DNA of 49,547 bases, filler included, from Bipalium vagum (taxonomy: Eukaryota): the NCBI GenBank assembly GCA_037834085.1. It is 3 parts of 3 records of this genome, joined end to end, with 100 filler letters (N's around TTAATTAATTAA, not from the genome) between each part and the next. Parts side by side here need not be neighbours in the genome. Positions count along the whole stretch, not along the records: positions 16,478 to 32,211 come from JBBMKC010148738.1; positions 32,312 to 49,547 come from JBBMKC010073746.1; 1 more part is not named here. One strand, given 5' to 3'. A program made the translations under genes and the position numbers. Below are positions 25,820-38,759 of this stretch, in pieces. Under the pieces are notes generated by a model. The model saw only the letters and a program-made list of their open reading frames with translations. It made no database searches and had not been told where the DNA came from. The first letter of the stretch is position 1, and each line of letters opens with the position of its first letter.

Positions 25820-26000
25820 GATTAAATATTTTTATTTATTAATTATTTCCTTTTCTTGATTATTTTATTTTATTATTTATTTTATTTTATTATTTATTTT
25901 ATTTTATTATTTATTTTAATTTGGTTATTTTATTTTAATTTGATTATTTTATGTTATTAATTAATTTAATTTGATTGTTTTATTATTTTATTATTTTTAA
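25820..26000. repeat. Low-complexity (TTATTTTA)-type repeat
   Basis: Direct reading. Confidence 0.7.
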
Positions 26001-27055
26001 TAATAAATTATAATTTTTAAACAGCTGCTTTCTTTTTAAGCAAAATTGCGGCAAGACTTTGTAGGAGTAATCATATAAAGTTAGAACCATTTATAAATAA
26101 AATAATTTTTTTTACGAATGAGTCATCAAAATTTTTGATTTTATTAATGTTCCTCAGGAATTTCTCCAATATTTTTGCCAGTTTTCTAAGAATGATGCCA
26201 AGCCCAAACTATATAATGAATGTTATACAGGTTTTTCAAAACAAACTTCTAAAGTTACCTCTCCAGAAAACTTGGTTGGATAGGCTAAATCATTGTTAAA
26301 AGTAATGTGAATGTATTTTCATCACATCATTTCAAAGTACTTAAAATTATTATTTCTTATCCCAGTGTGAATATACAAAGATTTTAAATATAGTGATGAG
26401 TACAAAAACCAAACAATATTGATAATTTTGATCACTAGACACCTTAAATTCAATATCATATTGATAAGTCTGTTTCTGACTTCCTACTATGAAGAAGAGA
26501 TGAAGAATTGTAAAGACCATTTTCAAAGCAGCATTTCAAATAAACTGAATTGGATTTTCTGAAAACCTCTACCCATAGAATGTTAAAATGATTGAGTTGA
26601 CTCAAAAATCAAATATTATCACTATTATTTGCCTTATTTCCTTCATTATTGATTCAGCAAAAATTGCAATTTCCTCTTTTAATGGTGTTAATTTTCAAAA
26701 AGTTAAATGTTTTCTTAAACTTTATTATGCTTATAAATAAATTTTATAGATATTCTATTATTCTTATTTATTCTAGTTATTCTTAGAATTGAGGTAGGCT
26801 TTCAATCGGTTTCCAAGACTTCGCAACCAGCACGAAGACACTCAGTCGAAATTTTATCCACATCTCGAAAAATTGAAACTTTGAGTAAAACCAAACTGGT
26901 ATGTCGAGTTGAATTTACCGCTGACTGTAACACGTCCCAAACACGAACATACAGATATGAAATCATATCTGTATGATGGCCAATCGGCGACAACTACGAA
27001 ATCAGCAAAATTGATTCGACAGCACTCATAATCCATATAATTTGTGAAGCCGTTA

Positions 27056-27574
27056 AAGAGTTATTCGATTTAATAAGTATCATCATTCAATTTAAAAAGG
27101 TTCATTAAAAAAGTGTGAAGTTCGATTGTCGCAGCCATCTGTGTCCCGAAAACTTAAGAAATTAGGATTTACAAGAGAACGATATACCAAAATTTCTGTA
27201 GATAGAAATTCTGAAGCTGTATAAGCAAAAGAGCCACCTGTGCGACAACCGTAGGTCAAATCCATCAAGATAAAATAGTGTTTTTGGATGAATCGGGATT
27301 TAATGATCATTTACAAAGACATTACGGTTATTCGCCAATCAATCAAAAGGCATATAAGACGGTTGTAAGCAACAGGAAAGTTAACAAAAGCCTGATATGT
27401 GCTATAAGCAAAAATGGAATTGTAGCATTCGAATATCGCATTACGAGGTGCATATAACAAGAATTTGCTAACATCATTTATTGAGGAAAAACTTGCATCA
27501 TATTTTCTAAAAAATTGTAAAAATTAAACACTTGTTAAATTGAATAATGACACTTATTAAATTGAATAACCGTG
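27056..27574 (+). mobile_element. Internally deleted IS630-like (IS630/Tc1/mariner superfamily) element, 519 bp
   Basis: TIRs of about 45 bp (consensus CACGGTTATTCAATTTAATAAGTGTCATTATTCAATTTAACAAG), each flanked by TA. Peptides VRLSQPSVSRKLKKLGFTR and IVFLDESGFNDHLQRHYGYSPINQKAY...SLICAISKNGIVAF...GAYN. Confidence 0.8.
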
Positions 27575-30500
27575 TAAGTCATAAGATTCAATTTGATCGT
27601 TGAAATATTGTAACATTCTAAATTCACACATTTTGCATGAAAATAACAATTTGTTACTTTAATTTAATAATAATTATTTTTTCTCTATTATTTGTAAATA
27701 GAAAGAAAAATACAGAAAATTCTTTTTTAAAATTAAATAAAAATCTTGTGCCAGTTATGAGGTACTGACTTAAAGGAAATTTGTAGATACCCGTCAAAAT
27801 ATTTAAGTTTCGATAACGATCAGATAATTATATTTAGGCAAAATAGTTTACCACAGCCAGAAATCAAGTTTCCTGGATAGGAAGTCGTTGACATTGTTTT
27901 AATCATATTACTGGTTTAAGTTGGTTCCCAACTGTAAGAAAACGGTTATTATTGCTTGCTAAAAATGCAAAATGGAATATTTCATTTAAGAATTAAATCT
28001 TCAAATAATTCTACATATCAGGTAAAGATTTTTTCTAAGAAATCCCTTTAAAATGACATCCTGGTTTGAAATTTAAATAGAGATTTTTAATTGGAAACAT
28101 CAATATTTATTAAAATTAGCTTTAGTCTTTTTGGATAATTTCTTTCTCAGATAATTCTTATATTTTCACCGAATGAATGATGTTTTGGTACCACGTCAAC
28201 CTTTCAATTCTATTATCATCTATAAAAAAGATGTTTTCTTCCAGCGACATATTAGGAATACCAGTGTCTTTTTGCTTTTGATCTTGATTTCATAGTTATC
28301 AATTATTTTTATAAAGTAACCAGATCCTTGCTTTCTACATGCTGTATCACGTTCTAAAAATATTCCTCAAGTTTCTGGCATCAGTAATTCTTTCAAAGTA
28401 AAATAGTCTTGTTTCACCTTTTATATTTTGACTAGAGTGTTTTATATTTCTATAAAATATACTTATTATTCTTTTGTTTGGATTATCACTCGTGTAAAAT
28501 AAATATAATATTATTATTTTAAATATAAAAGTATTCTGCTTGAGTGGCAAAAGAGGATTATTTTTATTATAATTGCGTGAGTTCGATTCTAGTTATTAAC
28601 CTATTCTTTATTATCCTAATTAGTATTTCATTGGTGATATATTCCCGGAATTTGGTTGAAACGTATGGATGGGAAAAAATAGCATTATCACAGAGAAGCA
28701 CAAAGACATTGTGCGATTCGAATAGGTGTTGCCTATTCATCGTACTGCGTGATTAATATTGACATTTTATGTAATTTGAGATGACGGTTAATAACCTTAA
28801 AGTTGTCAAATTAAATTAGTTAATTAATAAGGTTGTCAAATTTAATTGGTTATATAAACAAAGGAAACGTAGATTTTATTGGTATATAAAGTCATTCTAG
28901 TAATTAGTCAAAGGTAAATAAGTGGAATCTAAATGTAGATTTAACTTTTTTATTTAGATAGAAGAATACTGGAGAAAGAATCCGAGTATGGTAATACAAT
29001 CTGATGAAACAAAGATAAATCACATCCACACAGACGAAGAACGACATATTACATACAGGTTGTCAGATTTAATTCGTCCAATATTAGTGCTGCTTTATGT
29101 TATTTTAATCTAGCCATATTAAAAGAGTCAGTCACATAAGCCTAACAGGTTATTATTAAAATTTTAAAAATTTATGTTAAAGTAGCTATTTACGAATTTG
29201 ACATTTTTAATAAAACCACACAAAATAGAAAATTATTTTCAAATTATGGCATGGTGATGGTATTATATTTCATAATTATATAAATAATTGTAAAAATTAA
29301 AATTCTCAAGTTCTTAATCAAAACATAAATGAATTGAAGAGAGTGTTATGTTTCATAATTATGTAGATAATTCTAAAAAACAATGAAGCTCCTAAAAGTA
29401 TTTAATTATAGAATTATTTTTAATGAATATATTAACTGGAACACAACGGTATTCCTTAGCGCACCCATTTTATTTTATATTTTTAATTTCGAGTTAATAT
29501 CATATCTCAGACTTCAAAACTTTTAAAACAAAACCCCTGTTCATAATTAAGTAACTTAAAAGTTACTTCGTCGTCTAACAACCCTTGAATGATATTACCA
29601 ACAATTACATTGAGTAGGTAATCTGACACTAATCAAAATGTCATTGTTGTGATTTCAATTAACTACCATAACTTCAACTTTATTTAAGGGATTTATCTCA
29701 ATTAATTCGAAATATGATTATTCTTGTAAGACTTTTTTCTATTTTAATAAATAAAAGAATGAAAATTTTTATATTGTTTTAATTATTAATTAATTATTTT
29801 ATACTTATTTATTTTTAATATTAATAGTAATTTAATAAATTTAATTAATTGTGATATTTAATTTATAAATTATTTAATCACTTAAAGTTTATTTTTAAAT
29901 TATAAATTCAATTTTCGTAACTTATACTTTTATTTATGCTAAATTTTTATTATTTAAAATAATTTATTTTTTAAGAATATTTCTATAAACTAAGTTTTAA
30001 AATCAATATACAAAATCACTGTGTAATTCATAATCAATGTGATGTTAAATTAAAATGAAAATCATTTAATAATTTTAAAAATAAGGAATTAAAAATTGTA
30101 AATTTCTGCTTGTGAGAAATTTTCATTTTTAAAAGTTTTTTAAAAAATAATTAAATTAATTTCATAATTAAATTTTTGTTATTAATCTTTGTAAATATTT
30201 TGTTGAACTTCGATATCACTGCAGACCTTTTGTCAAGGTTTATTTAATATTTCTTATGTCATACAATTTTTAGAATCAAGACTAACAGAGTAATTTTTAA
30301 TAAGGGGAGTGTTTTATGAGAGTGCAGCGACCTTAATAGCGACCACTTTCATTAGATTTAAATAACATACTATATAATTACAAAAGTAAATCTAAAAAAT
30401 AATATTAATTTGACCTTAAATTAATCATTTAAAACAAAAACAGCATGCTTCAGCTATATCGAATAAGATCCAAATATTTAATCAGGTACGATCACTTTTC

Positions 30501-32140
30501 ATAGCTACTTAACAATCTTTTGTAAATAAGTATGATGTTCAATCTAGACTTATGAGTTCGAACAATACAGATAACGTAGCCGTCACTGATATATTTAATT
30601 ATAAATCATGTAATGCTTAATGCATTCCTTAACAAATTAATAATAATGTGTTTTTTAGTTTTAATTTAATTATAATTTGTTTATTTTCAAGTCTCCTTAG
30701 GTCTGCTTCTTCCATTCTTTCCTGTTTTGCTTTAAAGAGGATGCAATCTGTATTTATCTTTTTCAATGGTATATTATTACTATTGGTATTATCATTATTA
30801 CTGGTGATATTATTAATACTTTCACAATTTTACAGTTTTTAATAATAATATCAAATTTATAATATTATTATTATTTAATTAATAAGATGATGATGATTTT
30901 TTCATTTTTATCACATTACAATACTAACCTTTTACTGATATTTTACTTTTATTAATGAGATCTGATTCTCTTGATCTGATGAAAAGTTTCTTGTCTCAGT
31001 AATTAAGGACTTAAATTAAATCGATATAATTCAGGAAGTTAAAAAAATTATAAAAAAATAGTTTGAAAAGAAATTGTATTTGTCAATCACATCAATTGTT
31101 TGCTGAAAAATCATTGAAAATTCAAGCTTTACATCATCAGTAAATTTAGATAATTAATTTGCTCTGTTTTTGGTCTGAAACCATGATCAAAGATAAGAAT
31201 CATTTTGTTTATCTGTCTTACAGTTTTTTCTGCTAACTTTGATAAATGACAATTTTCAGTAATTGATTTCTAATTTTTACAAAACCAAAATTAAACTGTA
31301 AAAATTATACTTATTATTTGGTTGTCTGATTAGAAATGTCGTTTTTTGAATAAAGATTATTTATTATAAAAACCACAATAAAATATTTTAATCCAATATA
31401 TGATCTCTACAAAGATCAATGATAGGTCCTCCAACATTCACATAAAGAATAAATGCCCTTTCAAAAAATCTGTGTGTCGCGACCCGAAGAAACAATTAAT
31501 TGATAATAAAAATAATAATATATAGTCAAATCTCGTTGCTATGTCACTGTCACTATTATACCGCTTTTACTAGGTCCGACAAATTTAAATACAAAATAAA
31601 TTTACTATGCTATCCCCTGCTCTTGCTACTATGCCACTATTGTGACTGTTAAAAGACATGAATCGTAAAAAATCTATTTTTACGTGTAAAAGTCAAACAC
31701 GCTATGCTTCTTCCAGATAAAAACTACGACCTAATCACAATACTTACAACGATAAGTCTTCAATCGAAGCTCATAAGAGACACACAGAAGCGGGAGCATA
31801 CTCACAATAGTGACATCATTTTTTCAAATTCAACCAATAATATCAGTTCAGAAGAGCAAGAGGAGATTGCAGAGGAGATTCTGTGCAGTGAATAACAAAT
31901 AAACGACGATATAACTGACGAGGAGTTTTATGCAACAGAAAAGGGGGAATCTTGGTGTGATACAAGCGTGCAATCCGTTAAATAACGAGAGGGTTCGCCA
32001 AAAGAGGATGTGCCTGCTGACGATTCTTGGGAGCTTTGGGCTGATAAATAACTTGAGAAAATAAATCCGTTTTTACAAACCCTTACTCATAACTCTTCCT
32101 CTGTCACAACAGGTGGCATAATAACAAGATACTGTATATA

Positions 32141-32211
32141 CAGTCCCCGCCAAAAGTTTATGATCACCTTTATTTGGCTATGCAAAATGAGAAATGTAGA
32201 TCTTGCTGCGT
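32141..32211 (+). mobile_element. Tc1-type TIR truncated by an assembly gap
   Basis: TA-CAGTCCCCGCCAAAAGTTTATGATCACC matches the CAGT...CAAAAGT style of Tc1 ends; runs into the gap. Confidence 0.5.
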
Positions 32212-32311
32212 NNNNNNNNNNNNNNNNNNNNNNNNNNNNNNNNNNNNNNNNNNNNTTAATTAATTAANNNNNNNNNNNNNNNNNNNNNNNNNNNNNNNNN
32301 NNNNNNNNNNN
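32212..32311. other. Assembly gap with artificial six-frame-stop spacer
   Basis: 44 N + TTAATTAATTAA + 44 N. Confidence 0.95.
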
Positions 32312-32834
32312 GTCAGAATTGTTAACATTAAAACAATTTCTTACAACAAATATATTTTAAATTTAAATATACACAAGAATAAATAAAGCTACATGCACAT
32401 TTATGAAGGGTAATAATCATGAAGTTTATGGACGATCACCAAGATACTAGAAATGTTATTGATAATCACAAAGTTAGATAAGTTTATGGATAATCACAAA
32501 AAGTTTATCACGAATTTGATGCCGTTGCTGTTGTCGAAGCTTTACTTGGTCGTAGTCTCCACAGAATAAAAACCTGGAATTAAAATGATCTTTAATTACA
32601 ATATTTTCATTTTATTTAAAATATCGGATAATTTTTTTTCTACCTATTGCAATACTGTAGGTCAAATTATTCACCTTAGGTGATTAGCAGGTCATTTTTT
32701 AAAAATTGCACAAATTAAACTTATATTAAGATTATTTTATATAATAATTCAATATGTGAAATCAGTACGATTAAATTTTAAACTGGGCCTTAGAATTAGA
32801 AATTGAAATTTATATCTTTTCAATTATGTACAGA

Positions 32835-32993
32835 AAAGTTAGACAAGGCAGCACAATATACACTGATGAGGCAAGAGTATATCGTGACTTAAACAAAACA
32901 TGGAGACATCAATCGGTTTTTCATAAATATCAATTTGTTGATTATTACTGCAATGTTCAAATTCAGAATGTCGAAAGCTGCAACAGGATTTAA
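32835..32993 (+). mobile_element. Merlin (ISXO2/IS1595-like DDE) transposase fragment
   Basis: KVRQGSTIYTDEARVYRDLNKTWRHQSVFHKYQFVDYYCNVQIQNVESCN matches the V..GS.I.TD...Y..L...H.TVNH...FVD...GVHTQ.IES motif. Confidence 0.75.
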
Positions 32994-34089
32994 GAAAGGC
33001 TGAAAACTATGCATGAAGGTGAATTTCTTCTTTTTTTGTAGGTCATAAAAAAACATTGTTACTTTTAGGTTAAAAAAACATTGTCTAAAATTTTTTAACT
33101 GTATTTATTGTTGTCAGAATTATTATTAATATCTGATCAACTTCAATTCAACCTAATTTTATTTCGCCAGTAATTGTGAATGACTTAGTATAAACTATTG
33201 TTCACGGAACAGTAATAACTATCTATTTATTTCTACTAATCAATTCTTATAAATACACATTAAAGCTCGAAACTCTAATATTAAATAACTTTCATTTTTT
33301 CTTAATTTCAGATCAATTTCTTTTATTTCTCATAATTAGCATACTTATTATGGTATCGATTGTATAATCTTCAAAGTCTTTTGAGATATTGATAGAAATA
33401 TCGTACGAGAAGATTCTCTACTTTTATTAACCGAAAATTTTGTGGTATTCTCACAATGATCATTTGTACACAATATCGATTCTGTAATTAAAAATATAAA
33501 TTATAAACTCTGTTATTTTAGTTTGCTTTTTTATAAAAATACACGAACACGATTTTTTAAAAACCTTCTAAACGTTAAGATCTCAGTCGACTTTTTGATA
33601 ATTAACTTCACTTTTTGAGAAAACTAACACGTTAATAGATAAATGTTTCACTTATGACGAAGACAGTGATATTGAAAATTATAATAAGAAAAGGTAGTGT
33701 ATATCATATAAATAATCATAATATTTAATTTCATATTAATAGTCATAACAAAATAATCACAATAATATTTTTAAAATATTATAATTAGCAATGTGACTAA
33801 CATAAAATAAAAATATTATTTTTATTACTTTCATTTTCATTATGCCCGGATTCGAGGCTTTTAGTGATGCATTATTGATGAGATGAATGATGCGATATAA
33901 ATGACGGAAAGTTGATCAATAGGTTGTTCTCAGTCAAATGCTGAATCCATAATTAAAGCTCCCAGAGCTCCATTAGTTAATGAAAAAGAGGAGATAAAGG
34001 GAAATGAATGAAGATATGTGAAAGGAGATGGTTGAACGGGTACTATTTGCCTTTTTAGACTCAATTGAATGCGTTCAAACTGAGTCCAT

Positions 34090-34277
34090 TTAAGGCTTCC
34101 GGTTTTCACATTTTTCAATAGAAAAGAAAAAGAGAACATCACTGGTGGATATCGAGAGTCACGTAGTTGAAAAAGTGATTGGCAAATCACAAGGAGTCTT
34201 TGAACTTCTACTTAATTGAGTGCTGAAACTGCCTCTAAAAAGAAAAAGCTTTAGAAAGTTCTGTGAGCAGAATAATT
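34090..34277 (+). promoter_or_regulatory. Probable promoter and non-coding first exon of the CCDC117-like gene
   Basis: GC-richer island with an ETS-like CTTCCGG, a TCACGT and an ATTGG (CCAAT). Perfect donor GTGAGT at 34278 and acceptor ttattctag at 34672, upstream of the ATG. Confidence 0.4.
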
Positions 34278-34700
34278 GTGAGTAGGAGATTTCAAAAAGT
34301 TTTAAGAAAATGTTGGGAAAGGTCTTGTGACCAAATAGATTTTAAAAAGATTTTGAATTTCAAGAAAGTTTGAAGAGAAATTAATAAGATTTTGAGGAAA
34401 GATTTTTTTAAGTAAAAAATTTTGAGAAGATCTTAAAGACTTCGAACAGTTTTTTAAATTCCATATCACTGAAAAAATTTTATAATATCAACATTACTTT
34501 AATATTTTATTGCGTATTCTTATTTTTAAATTTAAAATCAATCGTAATTTATTATTAATAATTTTTTCAATTTTCATTATATAATATATATATTTAAGTC
34601 TAGAAATTCCTTTTCTAGAATTTATTTTTTCGAAAATATTGTTTTAATAATTAGCTTAATTACTTATTCTAGGTTGTATTTTTCAAATTTATTTGATTTA

Positions 34701-35303
34701 ATGAAATCTTCTTTTTTAACTAACCATTGTAGTGATATTCGCAGTTCTTTTAACACTCCGTTAAAAAGAAAACGAAATATATGTTCATCTGAATATGATG
34801 AAACTAAACGAAGACGTATCGCTGGTGTAATAAATGATGAAAATATATGTTGTGAAACTTATGATCAAGTCAACTATGTACCTTTTCCAAATCAAGCTAA
34901 AATAAATGGTGTGATTATTGAGGAAATATTAGAAGATGAATTGGTTGATAATAAGGAATCCACTCAGATGTCAATTGATGAATTGTAATATTCTTATATT
35001 TCTATTCTAATTTAAATTTCATTTAGTCATGAAGTTATTTTAGCTCCTGAGCTGATTAAGTATCTCGATAATTATCCTCTTCAAATGCTCAGAAACAAGT
35101 AATATTGTTAATTACGTTAATATCTTTGAATCATTAATTTCAGAAATACAGATAATAGAGCTCTTGTCTTATATAAGCCTATCCAAAGTATATACCAGGA
35201 AAAAACAGATTTAAATGTGAAATTTATTGACGATCTATCATTTAATTTAAAACAACCAATCAATGAATCTATGGAAGAATGTAAAGACGTTGAAATGGAA
35301 TAA
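34701..35303 (+). CDS. CCDC117: CCDC117-like small acidic nuclear protein, 3 coding exons (34701-34984, 35027-35098, 35144-35303), 171 aa
   Basis: Introns of 42 and 45 nt (GTAATA...TAG/CAG) keep the frame. Features: basic KRKR...KRRR, acidic EEILEDE, VILAPEL, the family-like ALVLYKP (cf. MELVLWKP) and C-terminal DVEME. AATAAA at 35319. The symbol is from motif recall, not a search. Confidence 0.65.
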
Positions 35304-35667
35304 GTTTCTTATTTTGTAAATAAATTGATTATTTGAAATATTTTATATTGTTTTTTTTGAGTCGATTATTATCATAAAGTTTTGTAATTGTTGAATAAAT
35401 AAATTATTGGTTAATTAATTTTTTATTTATTGTTAATAATCTACTTGTGAAAAAATTTGAACCACTTTTTTGTTATTGGTTTATTTTGTTGATACTTTTC
35501 ACATGTTGCAGTTGTAACTGAATAAGTTATTACAAAAGATTTTTTTTCATTAGTGATAACATCGAACTTATCTAAAGCTAGTGAGTTCGAAAGATTCTAA
35601 ATATATATTGTTCTTCTATAAAATTTTCTCGATAAAACAGAAATTGGTTGAAATGTGATTTATTTGT

Positions 35668-35966
35668 AATTCTGAAAATCTAGAAGCTGGTGTTTCATGG
35701 AAATACTCTCCTGCGTAGACAGATCGTTTGATAACTCCTAGTAGTCTGCAGCTTTCAGTGCCTTGGGCAACCGAATCAGATCATCGGAGTCGAAGTTATT
35801 GAAGATTAATGTTCTTTTGTATGAGGGTCGGAAATCATGTTGATATTTTGTGCCAGAGTTTATATGTCCGTTAGCATAGTATCGGAGCCGACCACTTGAT
35901 GGATATGTCTCGAGTGCCAGATTGTCTAGCATATGTACATCTGGTCATTAGAAAATGCGATAGTTA
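35668..35966. repeat. Copy A of an unidentified GC-rich ~300-360 bp element
   Basis: Collinear blocks shared with 47798-48153, e.g. CCACTYGATGGATAKGTCTCGA, CTGGTCRTYAGAAAATGYGATAGYTA and TTCTGAAAATCTRGAARCT. Confidence 0.75.
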
Positions 35967-36239
35967 TATCAAAATAGATCCGACGAGTGAGACAGTGACT
36001 TTGTTTTTTGACTGATTCGTTATTTATGAATTATCTGGCTTTAGTTTTGAACTAAATATTAAGCATAAACTTTGACAGTGGAAAGAAAGAAAAGACTTGA
36101 AAGAAACTGTAAATTGATTCAAGGCATTGTTAGACATAATTATAATAATGTTATCCAACTAACGTAACTAAAATTTCATTAACAAATTATCGTAAGATCT
36201 GTATCATAGACCCAATGGAATTAGAAAATTAATATCCGT

Positions 36240-36720
36240 GCAGGATGTTTTTTTTCAGGAAATTAGGTTTAAGGGAAAATTGTTTTATTAAAAATATAGG
36301 ATTTAAGGAAAAAAGATATTTCCCATTCTTAATACTTGTTTCCACCAATGAGAACATTTTTCGTGGAAATATGAGACATGTCTGCTTATTAGTGAATTTT
36401 ACCATAATTCCTAAAATCGGACTTCGTCGTAAAAATTTTATTTTAATTTACTGGAAATTTTTCGATATCAATCAGTAAAAACGGTAATAAAAAAAAGTAT
36501 AATTGAAACTAATTTGACAATATTATGGTAGGATCACATAATTTCTTCAACACAAGAATCTCGTGTATTTCTCTAATTCCACTGTGCATCAAAACACGAT
36601 TTTTAAGTTTTTTAGGAAGTTGTATACATCTCAAAATAATTAAGGTATGTTGTAAAGTCTTAATAATTATTTATTCCAGCCGGTTTCATATAAGACGTCC
36701 AGATGAATAATTTAAATTGT
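36240..36720 (-). mobile_element. Very decayed mariner-like remnant
   Basis: Fragments SSGRL, IHEILVLKKLC and KFLRR occur in mariner order. Confidence 0.35.
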
Positions 36721-38759
36721 AAAGTTCTTAATTTAGTATTCTATTTATGATTGTTTAATGTATTTAATGTTAACAATTATTTATTAAATAACAAATAAAT
36801 ATAGTCTTTTTGTTTTATATATTTTTATTCACTGAAATTAATTCGTTCTGTAGAAAATCGTCGAATATGCTTCCGAACACTTCTAAATCTATCCATTTCC
36901 ATTTTACTACAATCATACGCAACCAAGACGGCCATCTCATTTATTGTATTTAAGAACATCATGATTATTAGCATCTTTGACATCCAAGAATCACTGCAAA
37001 TGCCGATTTTTATTCCTCGGTTACGTCTCTTGTCGATCCTCTGACTTTGTTTTTCTGCAGTCATACTGTACATTTGTTAAATGGTAACTCCGCTTGTTCG
37101 GTTTGTCTGCTTCTTGGCCCGTTTTCCCCACTGGAAAGCTTAACAGACTTTGTCAGCTTGATATTATTGCAGCCACTGGAAAATTTTAATTAATTTATAA
37201 GCTCTGTGCCTTGGGTTGTATGTATTTCACCTACCACCCTCTGGATTGTTCTGATCCACTTGTTTCAAAATCAACATTTCAACAATCAACTCTTTGGAAC
37301 CTTTTATTGTCGTACACGTGATGAATTTTCTTTTCAGTCACCTCCAAAAATGACTGTTATTATCAAATCCCTTTTTAGTTCTTTTCACACCGACTATTCA
37401 GGCGATAATATCTCTTTGGATACTAACAGTTCCCCTCCATCTGCAGTCTCTAACCAAACTGAATCTGAATTATGAATTTCTGTACTTGAGACTCAAACTT
37501 CTACCATGGATATTTTCAAATAGTCGTGTATTTTACTGACTGACTTGATTGTCTATTTAAAAAGCTTTTAATAATATTTCTTTATCAGCATTACACCCAT
37601 AATCCATAAAATATTCGTCGATTCCAAAATGCTGAGATTCCCACACTATTACAATAAGCCATCACTAGTTAGCGAGCTCACTTTCTTAGCTCTCTTACTC
37701 TCGTGTAATACTGTACTTCGAATTTTTTATCTGTAACCCCAATCCTTTTATCAATCCCTCACAACATCGCCTGTACCTCTTTAACTGTCGTACACTAAAT
37801 TCTACCTTATAAGATTTGATAAGGTTTACGACCTCTCAAGTATGGCAGGAGTTGTTACTAATTATAATATTTATCTTAATAGATAAACAATTTTATCTTT
37901 GTTTCTTGGGAGTTTTTTGAATTCTCACTTTAATGTCCCAAGAAGTTCACTAGTATTGTCATGATTCAGATTCATCAGGACCATTGTTATATTGCCATTG
38001 GTATCTAATTTTCTTCCTACGATTCCTTCTACTTATCAAATTTATTTCTTTTTTCATCATTATCACAAGGTAAAAAAACACTTGGATTACGATGAAAAGT
38101 AATAGTCACCAAATAATGTTTAGATTTTAATATTAGCAACACTAAGTCTATATGACTCAATATCATTTTTATCGCTAGGTACTATTATAATTCTAAGGCA
38201 ACTCAAATAATATATAACTAAAAGAAATATATATCAACATCAATTCAAGAAGAAAACCACGAAAAATCAATTCTAATCACTCACTATCTCATGATCATTT
38301 ATAAGTTTTTCAAAACCTCCAAGAGTATTATAAAAAAATATAACGTCAACTGCTTCCTAATCGCGTGTTTGAATCCAGACTGGGTAGATTTAAATTGATA
38401 AAATAGAAAGAGATAATGATAACAAAAACAAAAGTATTAATCAATAGATAAAAACACAATCCAAGAAATATAATTAAATAAATGGCCAATCACAGAATTA
38501 TAAAATTAATAATGGAAATTAAAATTTTTACCGCTATCATTAATCAATGATGAAATAAGGAACAGTAACAAACAGAAAAGGAAACATGTCACCAGAATGG
38601 AAAAGATCGGGACTCTGGACCAGCAACGAGCTCCCTTACTGATATTTACCTGAATTTTTGATAGTGATAGAGTAGTTTGCGATTTCGGTCATATGGTGAA
38701 TGACATCGGAAAATAATGAGAACGAAGGTAAATTAAGTTGCTTTTATAGAAATATACAG

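Noticed and set aside
31704-32130. Acidic broken frame resembling a piggyBac N-terminus
   Set aside because: No catalytic motif or TTAA-flanked TIR identified; too weak to call
36830-38200. Possible LTR-retrotransposon integrase remnant (NFPVAAIIS...SGENGP) on the minus strand
   Set aside because: Only vague motif echoes across many stops; cannot be supported without a profile search
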